Assembly: GCA_964589975.1 (NCBI GenBank)
Contig: CAZPVH010000005.1
Location: 3,612-67,611, forward strand
From: an uncultured Candidatus Saccharibacteria bacterium
GTDB lineage: Bacteria > Patescibacteriota > Minisyncoccia > Phycocordibacterales > CSBR16-119
Direction of reading: 5' to 3'
Length of the DNA stretch: 64,000 bases
In this document: positions 34,480 to 43,837 of the stretch, piece after piece
Position numbering within the stretch: position 1 is the first letter of the stretch
How the letters are laid out: each line of letters starts with the position of its first letter
Made by a program: the position numbers and the translations under genes
The notes under the pieces: generated by a model
The model's input: only the letters and a program-made list of their open reading frames with translations
Database searches by the model: none
What the model was told of the DNA's origin: nothing

Positions 34480-37002
34480 CTATATGTCGACTTGAAAATT
34501 CATCACCGCTTCGCCCTTGTTGTAGACCTTGTCTCGGAGGATGACGCGAAGTTCGTTTATGCTTTCAATATTATCTATATCTTTTGGAATGAATGAGAAG
34601 GTGAGTGGTGCGCCTGATTTTGAACCAACATAAACATCATTAATGAAGACATCGATTGCTTCAGCCGGATACTCGGTTTCGTAATCAATCACGATATTTA
34701 CAGGTTCATTGGCGTTGTAAACATTTCCGGCGATCGGATTTTCAATTTCGACAACAGGCTTGTTCTCCAAAGTGTGAACATTATCGTGTCCGGTCGGGAT
34801 ATCATCCTCATCCACAACACTGTATTCGTCTCTGTGAGCGTTCCACCAGTCTTGAACGGCTGTTTCCCAATTGATGTACTGTTGGTTCGTCTGCGGTCCA
34901 GGCGCTGGCCCCATTGGGTCATCTCGGTTTATCCAATAAAGCGTCGAATGAACCTCGCCTGTAACCAATTCCTTTCGCGTCTCTGGAGGTGTCAGGTCTG
35001 TTGCGAGCTTGCCGGAAATAGTATCAATGAATACCGATTCTCCTCCTTGCCAGAGGCCTCGTATAACCGGTTTTAGCTCTGGGGACTCGTTTATGAACGG
35101 CTCAGTAAAAGAGTCCTTCGGAACTTTTGTAAGGGCTACATCCATGAATTCTCGCCAGAGGCGTCCGGAGATGGCAGATCCTTTTTTCATGGGCGTATTA
35201 TCGTTGTTGCCGCTCCAAACACCGACAGCAATGTTTGGATTGTACCCCATCATCCAGGCGTCTTTGTTGTTATTGGTTGTTCCAGTCTTGCCGGCGACAT
35301 CGGTTGAACCGAAGTAAATGAAGGAGTTAGAGCCGAAGAGGGGGGTACGAGCAACATTATCAGAGAGAATGTCTGAAATTAATCTGGCGGCATTTTCATC
35401 CAGTACTCGCTGGCCGCCAATCGGCTTGAATTCCTCAAGAACTTTTCCGTTAGCGTCTTCAACTTTTAAGACTGCCTGCGGCTCGTAACGAATGCCCTCG
35501 GTTGCGAAAACTCCATAAGCCGAAGTCATGTCGAGCAGTGTGACTTCGCCACCTCCGAGCACCAAGGTAAGTCCGTAGGTGTTCGCTGATCCAAGGGTTT
35601 TTATTCCCATATTCTTGGCTGTTTTTAGGGAATCTTCGATCTTGGTCAAGTATAGAAGTTGCACCGACGGAACGTTCCTTGACTGGCCAAGGGCGTTGCG
35701 GAGATTTATTGGCCCCTTGTATTCGCCGTCGTAGTTGTCCGGGCTGTAGCATTTGCTCTGGGCTCCGGTCTTCGCTATGCCGTAAGGATTGCATGTTGAT
35801 TGGAATTCAGTCTTTACGTCAAAAAGAACAGAATTCGGGGTAAAACCCTTTTGCATCGCCGTCGCATAAATAAATGGCTTAAAAGAGGATCCCGGCTGAC
35901 GTTTCGCCAGCGCGATATTAAATTTACCGTCGATATTCTCATCAAAGTAATTTCGTGAGCCAACCATCGTGAGAATCTGACCGGTGTGTGGATCTACCGC
36001 AACCAAGCTTGCATTCTCTGCATCCCAAAGCTCTTCGTTCTCGAGCGCGTGCTTCAAGACTATCTCTTCCGCTTTCTCTTGGAGTTCATAGTCGAGGGTG
36101 GTAATAACCCGGAGACCGCCCTGCTCGACGGCATCAATTCCATATTTGTTTTCAAGATAATCTTTTACATAAAAAACAAAGTGTGGAGCTTTGATGCCGA
36201 TCTTGTCTTGGGGCACGAATTCAACAACTTCAGCCATTGCAGCGTCGTATTCTTCTTGGGTAATGTTTCCGTGCTTTAACATGCGTGACAAAACAGTATT
36301 TTTTCTGGCGTCCAACAAATCTTTGTGGGTACCGTATGGAGAATAGCGGCTTGGCGCCTGTGGGAGGGCTGCCAGGTATGCCGCTTCAGCGATAGTGAGA
36401 TCAAGTGGCGGCTTATTGAAATAGGCACGCGAAGCTTCATCGATGCCGTAAAGACTGCCGCCATAAGGGGATTCGTTAAGATAAACCTCGAGAATCTGTT
36501 CCTTTGAAAGCTCTTTCTCAATCTTTAGGGCAAGGAAGATCTCTTTCAACTTTCTAGAAATTCTTTTGTCTGTTGTCAGTAGGGAGTTTTTAACGATTTG
36601 CTGAGTAATGGTCGAACCTCCCTGAGAAAAGCCTCCAGATTTTAAGTTGGCGAGAACAGCGCGCAGAATAGATCGAAGCTGGACGCCATTGTGCTGGTAG
36701 AAATTCTCGTCTTCAATGGCAACTGTTGCCTCTTTGATATTCTCTCCCATCTGATCGAACGCAATGACCGTACGCTTTATGTCCTGGTGGATATCGTAAA
36801 GAACAATTTCTCCAGTCTTGTCGTAAATCTTCGTTGACTTTGCCACCCGACGATCGTCAAAGGCGTTAAAGTCCGGTACTCGGAGAGTTGCGACCCAAAT
36901 AATGCAAAATGCGCCGATAAGCACGGCTCCGGCTCCGGCTACCAAGCCGGCGTTTATTATATGATGCCTGTTATGGCTCAATTTTTCTCTTATTTTTTTC
37001 AT
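34480..37002 (-). CDS. Bifunctional class A penicillin-binding protein (glycosyltransferase family 51 + transpeptidase) with C-terminal extension
   Basis: N-terminal TM helix. GT51 motifs (IEDENFYQHNGV, ...GGSTITQQ...). Transpeptidase SxxK (SSFKP) and KTG(T) (AGKTGTT). 840 aa. Confidence 0.8.
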   Translation of the reverse strand: MKKIREKLSHNRHHIINAGLVAGAGAVLIGAFCIIWVATLRVPDFNAFDDRRVAKSTKIYDKTGEIVLYDIHQDIKRTVIAFDQMGENIKEATVAIEDENFYQHNGVQLRSILRAVLANLKSGGFSQGGSTITQQIVKNSLLTTDKRISRKLKEIFLALKIEKELSKEQILEVYLNESPYGGSLYGIDEASRAYFNKPPLDLTIAEAAYLAALPQAPSRYSPYGTHKDLLDARKNTVLSRMLKHGNITQEEYDAAMAEVVEFVPQDKIGIKAPHFVFYVKDYLENKYGIDAVEQGGLRVITTLDYELQEKAEEIVLKHALENEELWDAENASLVAVDPHTGQILTMVGSRNYFDENIDGKFNIALAKRQPGSSFKPFIYATAMQKGFTPNSVLFDVKTEFQSTCNPYGIAKTGAQSKCYSPDNYDGEYKGPINLRNALGQSRNVPSVQLLYLTKIEDSLKTAKNMGIKTLGSANTYGLTLVLGGGEVTLLDMTSAYGVFATEGIRYEPQAVLKVEDANGKVLEEFKPIGGQRVLDENAARLISDILSDNVARTPLFGSNSFIYFGSTDVAGKTGTTNNNKDAWMMGYNPNIAVGVWSGNNDNTPMKKGSAISGRLWREFMDVALTKVPKDSFTEPFINESPELKPVIRGLWQGGESVFIDTISGKLATDLTPPETRKELVTGEVHSTLYWINRDDPMGPAPGPQTNQQYINWETAVQDWWNAHRDEYSVVDEDDIPTGHDNVHTLENKPVVEIENPIAGNVYNANEPVNIVIDYETEYPAEAIDVFINDVYVGSKSGAPLTFSFIPKDIDNIESINELRVILRDKVYNKGEAVMNFQVDI

Positions 37003-37040
37003 TATTCCAATATTATCAGAAAAATGTTAAATTTACGTCT

Positions 37041-38246
37041 ATGGTTATAACTGACGAAAAGAGAATCGATGAATTACTCTCCCGTGGTGTTGAGGAGGTG
37101 ATTGACAAGGCTGAGCTTAAAAAGGCTCTCATGTCCGGCAAACAGCTCCGAATAAAGCTGGGTACTGATCCAACAAGTCCGAATCTTCATTTGGGTCGGG
37201 CAATTCAGATTTTAAAACTTAGGGATTTTCAAGAACTCGGACACAAAGCCGTCGTGATCGTTGGAGATTTCACTGGCCTTGTTGGCGACACATCGGACAA
37301 GGATGCTGAGCGGCCAATGCTCGACATGAAGACTATCAAGCACAACCTAAAGACCTACAAAGAACAAATCGGGAAGCTGATTGATCTATCAAAGGCCGAA
37401 TTTCATTTCAACTCTAAGTGGCTTTCAAAGCTAACCTTCGCCGAGATCGGCGAACTTGCCAGTGTTTTTTCCGTAAACGCTTTCATTCAGCGCGACATCA
37501 TCAAGCGTCGTTTGGCGGCAGGCAAGCGTGTGTCGCTTCATGAAGTTTTATATCCGATCATGCAGGGTTATGATTCCGTAGAAGTGTCCGCTGATGTGGA
37601 GCTGGGCGGCACAGATCAGAAATTCAATCTGTTAGCCGGACGCGATCTCCAGAAGAAGTTTGGCCAAAAGGAACAGAACATCGTTATGGGCCCCTTGGTT
37701 GAAGGGACAGATGGCCGCAAGATGTCTTCGAGCTGGGGCAATACAATTAACCTTCTTGACGCGCCAAACGACATGTTCGGAAAAGTTATGTCGGTCCGGG
37801 ATGATCTAATTTTGCGCTACTTCGAGCTCATGACGCGCACATCGCGAGAAGCTATCCGCGAGTACGAGAAGAAATTGAAAGCCGGAGAGAATCCAAAGAA
37901 AGTAAAAATGGCGCTGGCGTTCGAGATTGTGCGGATGTATCACGGTGATAAGGCAGCAATGTCCGCCGAAGATGCTTGGCAGAAAACTTTTTCCGAAGGC
38001 GGTATTCCGACAGAAACCAAAACCATCAAGGTCAAACTAAAAATTCCGCTTGTTGAGATACTAATGAAAGAAGGAATTGTCTCGTCAAAATCAGAATTCC
38101 GCAGACTGATCGAGGAAGGCGCTATCAAGTTCAAAGGCACCCTCGAGGAGAAAAAGATTATTGATCCCAACACTCTCGTTGGCGAAGCTGGAGCACTACG
38201 GATAGGCAAGAAACGATTCCTGAAGATTGAGATAATAAAGAAATAA
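37041..38246 (+). CDS. tyrS: Tyrosyl-tRNA synthetase (class I, with C-terminal S4-like domain)
   Basis: HIGH-type motif (PTSPNLHLGRA), KMSKS-type motif (KMSSS), C-terminal S4-like segment. TrpS cannot be fully excluded by eye. Confidence 0.7.
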   Translation: MVITDEKRIDELLSRGVEEVIDKAELKKALMSGKQLRIKLGTDPTSPNLHLGRAIQILKLRDFQELGHKAVVIVGDFTGLVGDTSDKDAERPMLDMKTIKHNLKTYKEQIGKLIDLSKAEFHFNSKWLSKLTFAEIGELASVFSVNAFIQRDIIKRRLAAGKRVSLHEVLYPIMQGYDSVEVSADVELGGTDQKFNLLAGRDLQKKFGQKEQNIVMGPLVEGTDGRKMSSSWGNTINLLDAPNDMFGKVMSVRDDLILRYFELMTRTSREAIREYEKKLKAGENPKKVKMALAFEIVRMYHGDKAAMSAEDAWQKTFSEGGIPTETKTIKVKLKIPLVEILMKEGIVSSKSEFRRLIEEGAIKFKGTLEEKKIIDPNTLVGEAGALRIGKKRFLKIEIIKK

Positions 38247-38285
38247 TAAGACGAAAGGGCCCCGCGTTTGACGCAGGGCCCTTTG

Positions 38286-38615
38286 CTAGTTGAGAGAAAA
38301 AGGAGCAATGTAGCGGTCTTGTAGGACGACACGCATACCAAGCGCGTATCGGAGAAAATTGATCGGGTCTCCGGTTTTGAGCGTTGGGATCGAAAGCACC
38401 CTTCCTTGCAATGTGCGTATTTCTTGGAAAAACACATTTCGAGAACAGAGTGCCTCTTTGGCTATCCGCAACGCCTCGAACTCAGGCCCATCAACCTTTG
38501 ACTTTCGATAAGTCATTGTTAGTCGGATTTCAGCAAGTTGCTTCATCGGTATGATCTCAATCGTTCTGGGTTCTGGCCACTCGGCGATTAGCACTCCTCC
38601 TCTGAATACGTCCAT
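38286..38615 (-). CDS. Hypothetical protein, 109 aa
   Basis: Clean ORF. No family recognised. Confidence 0.35.
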   Translation of the reverse strand: MDVFRGGVLIAEWPEPRTIEIIPMKQLAEIRLTMTYRKSKVDGPEFEALRIAKEALCSRNVFFQEIRTLQGRVLSIPTLKTGDPINFLRYALGMRVVLQDRYIAPFSLN

Positions 38616-38689
38616 CTTTGTTGGTTTTGCGAAGAGAATACCATGTGCCCGCGCAAATCAAAAGCCCCGAGCGGGCTCGGGGCTTTCTA

Positions 38690-38868
38690 TTACCACTCCT
38701 CTCGGTTGTAATCGTCGAGCGGATTGTAGCTTGCTTCTTCATCGTCATCATCCAGGTCTTCGTCATCGAGATCTTCCTCGTCGAGATCCGGTTCCTTTAT
38801 GTCGTCCCCGAGATCGTCATCGAGCTCGCTGGCGAATAATCCTCTCGAAAACAATTCTTCGTCTCTCA
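38690..38868 (-). CDS. Very acidic small protein, 59 aa (not in the ORF track)
   Basis: Manual translation gives MRDEELFSRGLFASELDDDLGDDIKEPDLDEEDLDDEDLDDDDEEASYNPLDDYNREEW, and the stop abuts a bidirectional terminator hairpin (38660-38687). Could also be low-complexity noise. Confidence 0.25.
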
Positions 38869-38956
38869 TAATTTGTCTAAAATTATTGCTAAGTTTTAAT
38901 TAAGCATAGTTTTAACAAATCCATTTTTCCTTGGCAAGACCTTTTTCAATACAATG

Positions 38957-39475
38957 TTAATTATTCTCTTTTGCAACCCCGCCCGCACCGAATGATGCGT
39001 TCGGCCGGGTGGCGAGCCCCGTGATGGCGATAGCGATGGCGTCTATTTCATCATCTTGTTTTACGCTCGGAGGCAAATTGATAAGTTTTCCAACCATGGA
39101 GTGAACCTGTTCTTTTGTAGCTTTTCCGTAGCCTGTCACGGCGTTCTTTATCTGAAGCGGCGTGTACTCGAGTATCGGGAGCTCGTTCGCGCGTCCAACG
39201 TAGATGATCGCGCCGCGCGCTTCAGAGACACCCATGGCCGTCTTCTGGTTATTTTCGAAATAAAGTTTTTCGATGGAGAGGATATTGGGCGAATATTTCT
39301 TGATCACAGCATCTATTTCGGCGCCAAGAAGATGAATACGTTCAGGCAGGGGAAGCTTCGCGCTTGTCTTGAAGCAGTTCGAGTACAAAAGGTTTTCTTT
39401 TTTGTCGCCCGGATTTTTTTCTAGGACGGCAATGCCGACGCGTTCGTATCCGGGGTCTATGCCGATGATTCTCAT
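38957..39475 (-). CDS. ruvC: Holliday junction resolvase RuvC
   Basis: MRIIGIDPGYERVGIAVLE plus conserved downstream acidic residues, 172 aa. Confidence 0.85.
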   Translation of the reverse strand: MRIIGIDPGYERVGIAVLEKNPGDKKENLLYSNCFKTSAKLPLPERIHLLGAEIDAVIKKYSPNILSIEKLYFENNQKTAMGVSEARGAIIYVGRANELPILEYTPLQIKNAVTGYGKATKEQVHSMVGKLINLPPSVKQDDEIDAIAIAITGLATRPNASFGAGGVAKENN

Positions 39476-39614
39476 CCCGTTAGAGACAGGTCGCGGTCTT
39501 CCCGCTACCCATCTTGATTATTCTATTAATAATTATTTTTATATATTTCATATTATTGATTCATGAGACGCGACCGCAGTCTCTAACGGGACTCATGGGA
39601 CAAGTGTATAGCTT

Positions 39615-40058
39615 ATGACGGAGGGTTGCCAGTGGTTGACAAAAATTAATCTTGATGTTAAAAATCAGAAAAACTACAACATGGCTAGGGTCCTGATCGT
39701 TTCTGATAACGAAGTTGTCCAGGCAATGACGGCTGCTAATTTGCCAGTTCTCGACAAGGGTAAGCATAAGATCGCTTATGCCCGCAGTTCCGGCAGCATG
39801 CATCGCATCCTCGAAGAGGATGATCAGTTTGACTGCATCATTTTGACCGACATGCTGGAGGGCGTCGAAGGTTGGAGAGACGCGCTGGGGCGCATCACCC
39901 CTCGTGAAAAGAAGGTGACAATCGTATTCTTCACCGAGCTTGGCCAGCATATGGCTGAAAGGCTGTCTGACAAAAAGGTGTTCGGTTATGCTTATGGTCG
40001 AGCTCCCAAAGAAAGCCCCGAAAGCCTGGCATCGCAGTCCTCAAAGCTCCTTGGCTAA
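39615..40058 (+). CDS. Hypothetical protein with a degenerate receiver-like (CheY-fold) region (the true start may be MARVLIVSD at 39678)
   Basis: MARVLIVSDNEVV ... FDCIILTDM resembles the beta1/beta3 strands of a response-regulator receiver domain. Weak. Confidence 0.35.
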   Translation: MTEGCQWLTKINLDVKNQKNYNMARVLIVSDNEVVQAMTAANLPVLDKGKHKIAYARSSGSMHRILEEDDQFDCIILTDMLEGVEGWRDALGRITPREKKVTIVFFTELGQHMAERLSDKKVFGYAYGRAPKESPESLASQSSKLLG

Positions 40059-40092
40059 GCAAAAGGCCCCTCGTTAAAACGAGGGGCCTTTG

Positions 40093-40608
40093 TCATTCGG
40101 CGCTGGTGTAGACATCCTGGACATCATCTTGTTCTTCAAGCGCGTCGACAAGGAGTGAAAGTTTTTGATGGTCTTCTTCAGACAATTCGGTCTTCATGCC
40201 GGGAACCCATTCGCCTTCGGTATTCCTGGTGAAGTTCCAGGCCACCGATCCGACGCCCCCGAGAGATGTTTCGTGGAGAGACAGGAGGTGTCGCATTTCC
40301 TGCGCCGTACGGTTGTTATTGTCGGTCAGCGCGGTAATGATTATGCCGACGCCGCCCGGGCCATACGCCTCGAATAGGACGGGGAGCATTTCGGCGCCGT
40401 CGGTCTTTTTGATAGCGCGTTCAATGTTGTCTGTTGGCATGTTTTCCTTTCGGGCTTTTTCTATGGCGGCCTTAAGTCCGGGAGAACTCAAATTTCCTCC
40501 AGCCTTTTTTGCTTCCATGGAAATGAGGCGCGCAAGCTTGCCAAAAATCTTGGATTTCTTTTCGTTATTGTCCGCCATTTTCCCTAGTTTTTTGTGTGTT
40601 GATCCCAT
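40093..40608 (-). CDS. YebC/PmpR-family (TACO1-like) protein, short form
   Basis: KIFGKLARLISMEAKKAGGNLSSPGLKAAIEKARKENMPTDNIERAIKK matches the YebC N-terminal domain. Only 171 aa, so it appears to lack the third domain. Confidence 0.6.
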   Translation of the reverse strand: MGSTHKKLGKMADNNEKKSKIFGKLARLISMEAKKAGGNLSSPGLKAAIEKARKENMPTDNIERAIKKTDGAEMLPVLFEAYGPGGVGIIITALTDNNNRTAQEMRHLLSLHETSLGGVGSVAWNFTRNTEGEWVPGMKTELSEEDHQKLSLLVDALEEQDDVQDVYTSAE

Positions 40609-40672
40609 ACGTGAATATTATATTTACAATTATTAGAAGAAGAAGCAAGTTTTGGTTAAGAAAAAGAGCCGG

Positions 40673-41236
40673 CTAGCCGGCTCTTTTTTGTTCTCCCAAG
40701 ACCTCCTTCCAATTCTCCCAGGTGAGGCGTTTCTTCTCCTGGGTATCACGGTTGTAGGGCCGGTCAAAGATCACATGCTCCCATGAGGGTTCTTTTTCTC
40801 CGCAAATAATCGGCTTGTCGTCAATCAGATAGTCGCCGAAGACAAGCGTCTTGTCGCGGGTTAGGATGAGCCGCTCGGCGAATTTCTGGCCGAAGTGCTT
40901 CCGAAGCCACAAGAATTTCTCCGAGTGGCAAAAGTCGCTTGTCTTCTTCGGACTCGAGCAGATCCAGACAGACAGGTTTGGATTATTAAGCATCTCACCG
41001 ATCGCCTCCTTCGATCCTGGAATCGGATCAAGATCCAGAAAGAATGATTCTTCGAGCGAAAGTTCGTCGACTGGCGCTTGGAAGAGTGGCGGGAAAGCGC
41101 GTTCGGTGTAAAAATCCGAAATGCTCTCAGCGCGTAGACGGGGAAGGTTGAAACGCTCTGTCGCGAGTTCGAGCATTCTTTCGGTGTAGTCGCAGACGAC
41201 TCCGTCCATGTCTATCAAAATCGTTTTCTTTTTCAT
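40673..41236 (-). CDS. HAD-type 5'(3')-deoxyribonucleotidase-like protein
   Basis: ILIDMDGVV (HAD motif I) near the N-terminus and the size are consistent with the NT5C/YjjG-like nucleotidase family. Start placed at MKKKTIL. Confidence 0.5.
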   Translation of the reverse strand: MKKKTILIDMDGVVCDYTERMLELATERFNLPRLRAESISDFYTERAFPPLFQAPVDELSLEESFFLDLDPIPGSKEAIGEMLNNPNLSVWICSSPKKTSDFCHSEKFLWLRKHFGQKFAERLILTRDKTLVFGDYLIDDKPIICGEKEPSWEHVIFDRPYNRDTQEKKRLTWENWKEVLGEQKRAG

Positions 41237-41378
41237 GGTGTTTGTTTTTCTGACCAAATTATGTCGGAAAAACAATTTTCATGTATAAATATTTTACAGA
41301 TTTGTAAATTTTAATAACCAAGTGTATATTTTATATAGAAATTATATGAAAAATTGATTGTAAAAAATAATTACACTT

Positions 41379-42101
41379 ATGGAGGAAATAGAATATCTAA
41401 CGCGACTTGGACTATCGGAAAAGGAGGCGAAAATCTATCTCACGCTCATTGGCGAGGATTCTCTTTCGCTTCTTGAGCTGTCTCGAAAAACCGGCATTCA
41501 TCGTCCGGCGTTATACACGCTGCTTCCAAGGCTCGAGGCCAAAGAGTTGGTGCAAAAACGAAAGGTTGGGAAAAGAGAACAGTATTCTGCCGAGTCGCCA
41601 AAGAAAATTGAAAAGCTGTTCAAGAAAGTCGAGTCGGGGCTACACCTATTCGTTGATCGTTTGAATAACGAATACGAAAGCCGCGGACGAAAGCCGACCG
41701 CGCAGTATTATTTTGGAAAAAACGGCTATAACTATCTTTTTGATGACATCGCTGCTTCTGTGCCTAAAAACGGCATCTATTATCGCTACAGCGCTAGGCG
41801 CGTCGATGAAAAATTTTTCACACCAACGGATTATTACCTAAAGACACGCGAGAACAAGCGCTTTGAAAGGAGAGTAATTACAAGCACTGCCAAAACTAAG
41901 GGGAAGAGTAATCGGCTAGAGAGAGAAATAAAAGCCATACCGTCGAACGTGGATCTATTTGATGACAATGTCTCGTCGTATATCTACGCTGACAAAGTCG
42001 CCTTCGTCGACTTCGACACCCAAACAGTCTTTATCCTGACATCTAAAAAGATCGCCGACTTCCAGCGGAAGCTCTTCGAGATGCTTTGGAAGAGACTATA
42101 A
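41379..42101 (+). CDS. TrmB-family HTH transcriptional regulator, paralog 4 of 4
   Basis: SEKEAKIYLTLIGEDSLSLLELSRKTGIHRPALYTLLPRLEAKELV. Confidence 0.7.
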   Translation: MEEIEYLTRLGLSEKEAKIYLTLIGEDSLSLLELSRKTGIHRPALYTLLPRLEAKELVQKRKVGKREQYSAESPKKIEKLFKKVESGLHLFVDRLNNEYESRGRKPTAQYYFGKNGYNYLFDDIAASVPKNGIYYRYSARRVDEKFFTPTDYYLKTRENKRFERRVITSTAKTKGKSNRLEREIKAIPSNVDLFDDNVSSYIYADKVAFVDFDTQTVFILTSKKIADFQRKLFEMLWKRL

Positions 42102-43061
42102 TTTATTGATTCCTAGATGCTGGTAGGCTTTATCGGTTGCGACGCGGCCGCGGGGAGTGCGTTCGATGAAACCAAGCTGGAGGAGATACGGCTCAATAAC
42201 TTCTTCAATCGTCGCTTCTTCTTCAGATGTCGCTGCGGCAAGCGTGCCGAGTCCGACCGGGCCGCCGTTGAATTTCTCAATCAATGTTTTTAAAACGTTT
42301 CTGTCTGTTTCAAAGAGTCCGACGTCGTCGACCCCGAGGAGTTCGAGAGCCTTTCTCACATTCTCCGTCGTGAGATCAGATTTATTTACCTGGGCATAGT
42401 CCCTGGCGCGCTTCAAGAAGTAGTTCGCGGTGCGCGGCGTGAAGCGGCTGCGCTTACCGATTTCCTTGATCGCCTCGCCTTCAGTTGTGACCCCAAGTAT
42501 TTTACTTGAACGCGCGAGGATTTGTTCCATTTCAGTCGGAGTGTAAAACTCGAGTCTGTGTACTCCACCAGAGAATCGGCTTCGGAGCGGCGCGGACATG
42601 GCGGCTGGACGAGTTGTCGCGGCAATGAGCGTGAACGGCGGCAAGTCTAACTGAATCGTGCGCGCAGAAGGTCCTTTGCCGAGGATGATGTCGAGCACAC
42701 CGGACTCCATAGCGGGGTAGAGGATTTCTTCAACCATTTTATTCAATCGGTGGATCTCATCGATGAAGAGAATGTCTCCAGCTGAGAGATTGGTGAGGAT
42801 TGAAGCCAAGTCGCCAACTTTTTCTATGGCGGGGCCCGACGTGATCTTTATCTGGCGACCGGATTCCTTGGCGATAAGGTGAGCGAGGGTGGTTTTGCCG
42901 AGACCTGCTGGTCCATGAAAGAGAATATGCTCCGGCGCGTGGCCGCGTTCTTCCGCCGCCTGGATGAGGATCCGGATATTCTTCTTTATTTTCTCCTGGC
43001 CAATGTATTCATCCCAAGTTCCCGGCCGGAGCTGATTGTCTAAAAATATATCATTTTCCAT
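42096..43061 (-). CDS. ruvB: Holliday junction branch-migration ATPase RuvB
   Basis: GPAGLGKTTLA Walker A, sensor motifs, C-terminal winged helix. 321 aa. Confidence 0.9.
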   Translation of the reverse strand: MENDIFLDNQLRPGTWDEYIGQEKIKKNIRILIQAAEERGHAPEHILFHGPAGLGKTTLAHLIAKESGRQIKITSGPAIEKVGDLASILTNLSAGDILFIDEIHRLNKMVEEILYPAMESGVLDIILGKGPSARTIQLDLPPFTLIAATTRPAAMSAPLRSRFSGGVHRLEFYTPTEMEQILARSSKILGVTTEGEAIKEIGKRSRFTPRTANYFLKRARDYAQVNKSDLTTENVRKALELLGVDDVGLFETDRNVLKTLIEKFNGGPVGLGTLAAATSEEEATIEEVIEPYLLQLGFIERTPRGRVATDKAYQHLGINKL

Positions 43062-43088
43062 AAAAGGTTGATTTTAGCCTTAGAAAGC

Positions 43089-43519
43089 TTGACAAATCAT
43101 TTCAAACATGCTATATATAAGCGCACAGAGAAATAATTTGAAAAAATCACCGTCTACAGTATAGCATTTCTGCCCACGGTTTAAGGCTTTTTGGAAAAAT
43201 CCAAAATGCCTATTATTTTCACCAGTTTTTTTACAAAATGTAAAGGGTTTTAGGCTTTACAAGCCAGGTGGGTATGTTACATTACTTGTCCACAGAGAAG
43301 AGCTCTTAAACCTCTAAGTAATCGGGCGCAGTTCATATGGCCTCAACGAGGACGCAATGGTTACCACCTTCGGGTGGAGTTACTGCAGCTATCCTTGGCG
43401 ATGTCATTACTTCTGTTTTCGGACAGAAGGATTATTTAGAGGTTTAAGGGCTTTTTTATTTTTACTTACTTCGACTTCCATGGGTGCTCTGTGTATTCTC
43501 TATTTAAACGACTGCACCC
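43089..43519 (+). promoter_or_regulatory. Promoter plus roughly 400-nt structured 5' leader (riboswitch-like candidate) upstream of a small membrane-protein gene
   Basis: TTGACA-17-TATATA at 43089-43118. An 18-bp long-range helix (43304-43321 CTTAAACCTCTAAGTAAT pairing with 43424-43441) encloses two hairpins (CCACCTTCGGGTGG and CTTCTGTTTTCGGACAGAAG). Contains the 15-nt motif CTAAGTAATCGGGCG. Confidence 0.4.
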
Positions 43520-43789
43520 ATGAAAACACTTGAGTCTTTACTGCTTCGCCTGTTTGGTCTCTTTTTGCATCCCGGACTTTTGGTCCTGGGACTCTTCGAG
43601 ACGCTGGGTGGACTTTTGATCTTTTGGTGGATCAACCAACCAGACACACCCGCCATCAACAAGACATGGTTCGGGTATCTTTTTCTTCTGTACGTGTCGC
43701 TCCTTGCCGTGGCTACCGGGTGTTACATCATCAGTCGATGGTATCGCTTCCGCGAAGAGGACAGAGAAGTTCGTCGGATGTATGCTTGA
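43520..43789 (+). CDS. Small membrane protein, 89 aa, 2-3 TM helices
   Basis: Hydrophobic segments LLVLGLFETLGGLLIFWWI and FGYLFLLYVSLLAVATGCYII. Confidence 0.5.
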   Translation: MKTLESLLLRLFGLFLHPGLLVLGLFETLGGLLIFWWINQPDTPAINKTWFGYLFLLYVSLLAVATGCYIISRWYRFREEDREVRRMYA

Positions 43790-43837
43790 TCCTCCAGCGC
43801 TACAGCAAAACGCCCCGAGTACTCGGGGCGTTTCATT

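Noticed and set aside
43304-43441. Calling the structured leader a c-di-GMP-I riboswitch
   Set aside because: Only a 9-nt partial resemblance (GGACGCAAT). This is insufficient without a covariance-model hit, so it is reported only as a candidate structured leader.
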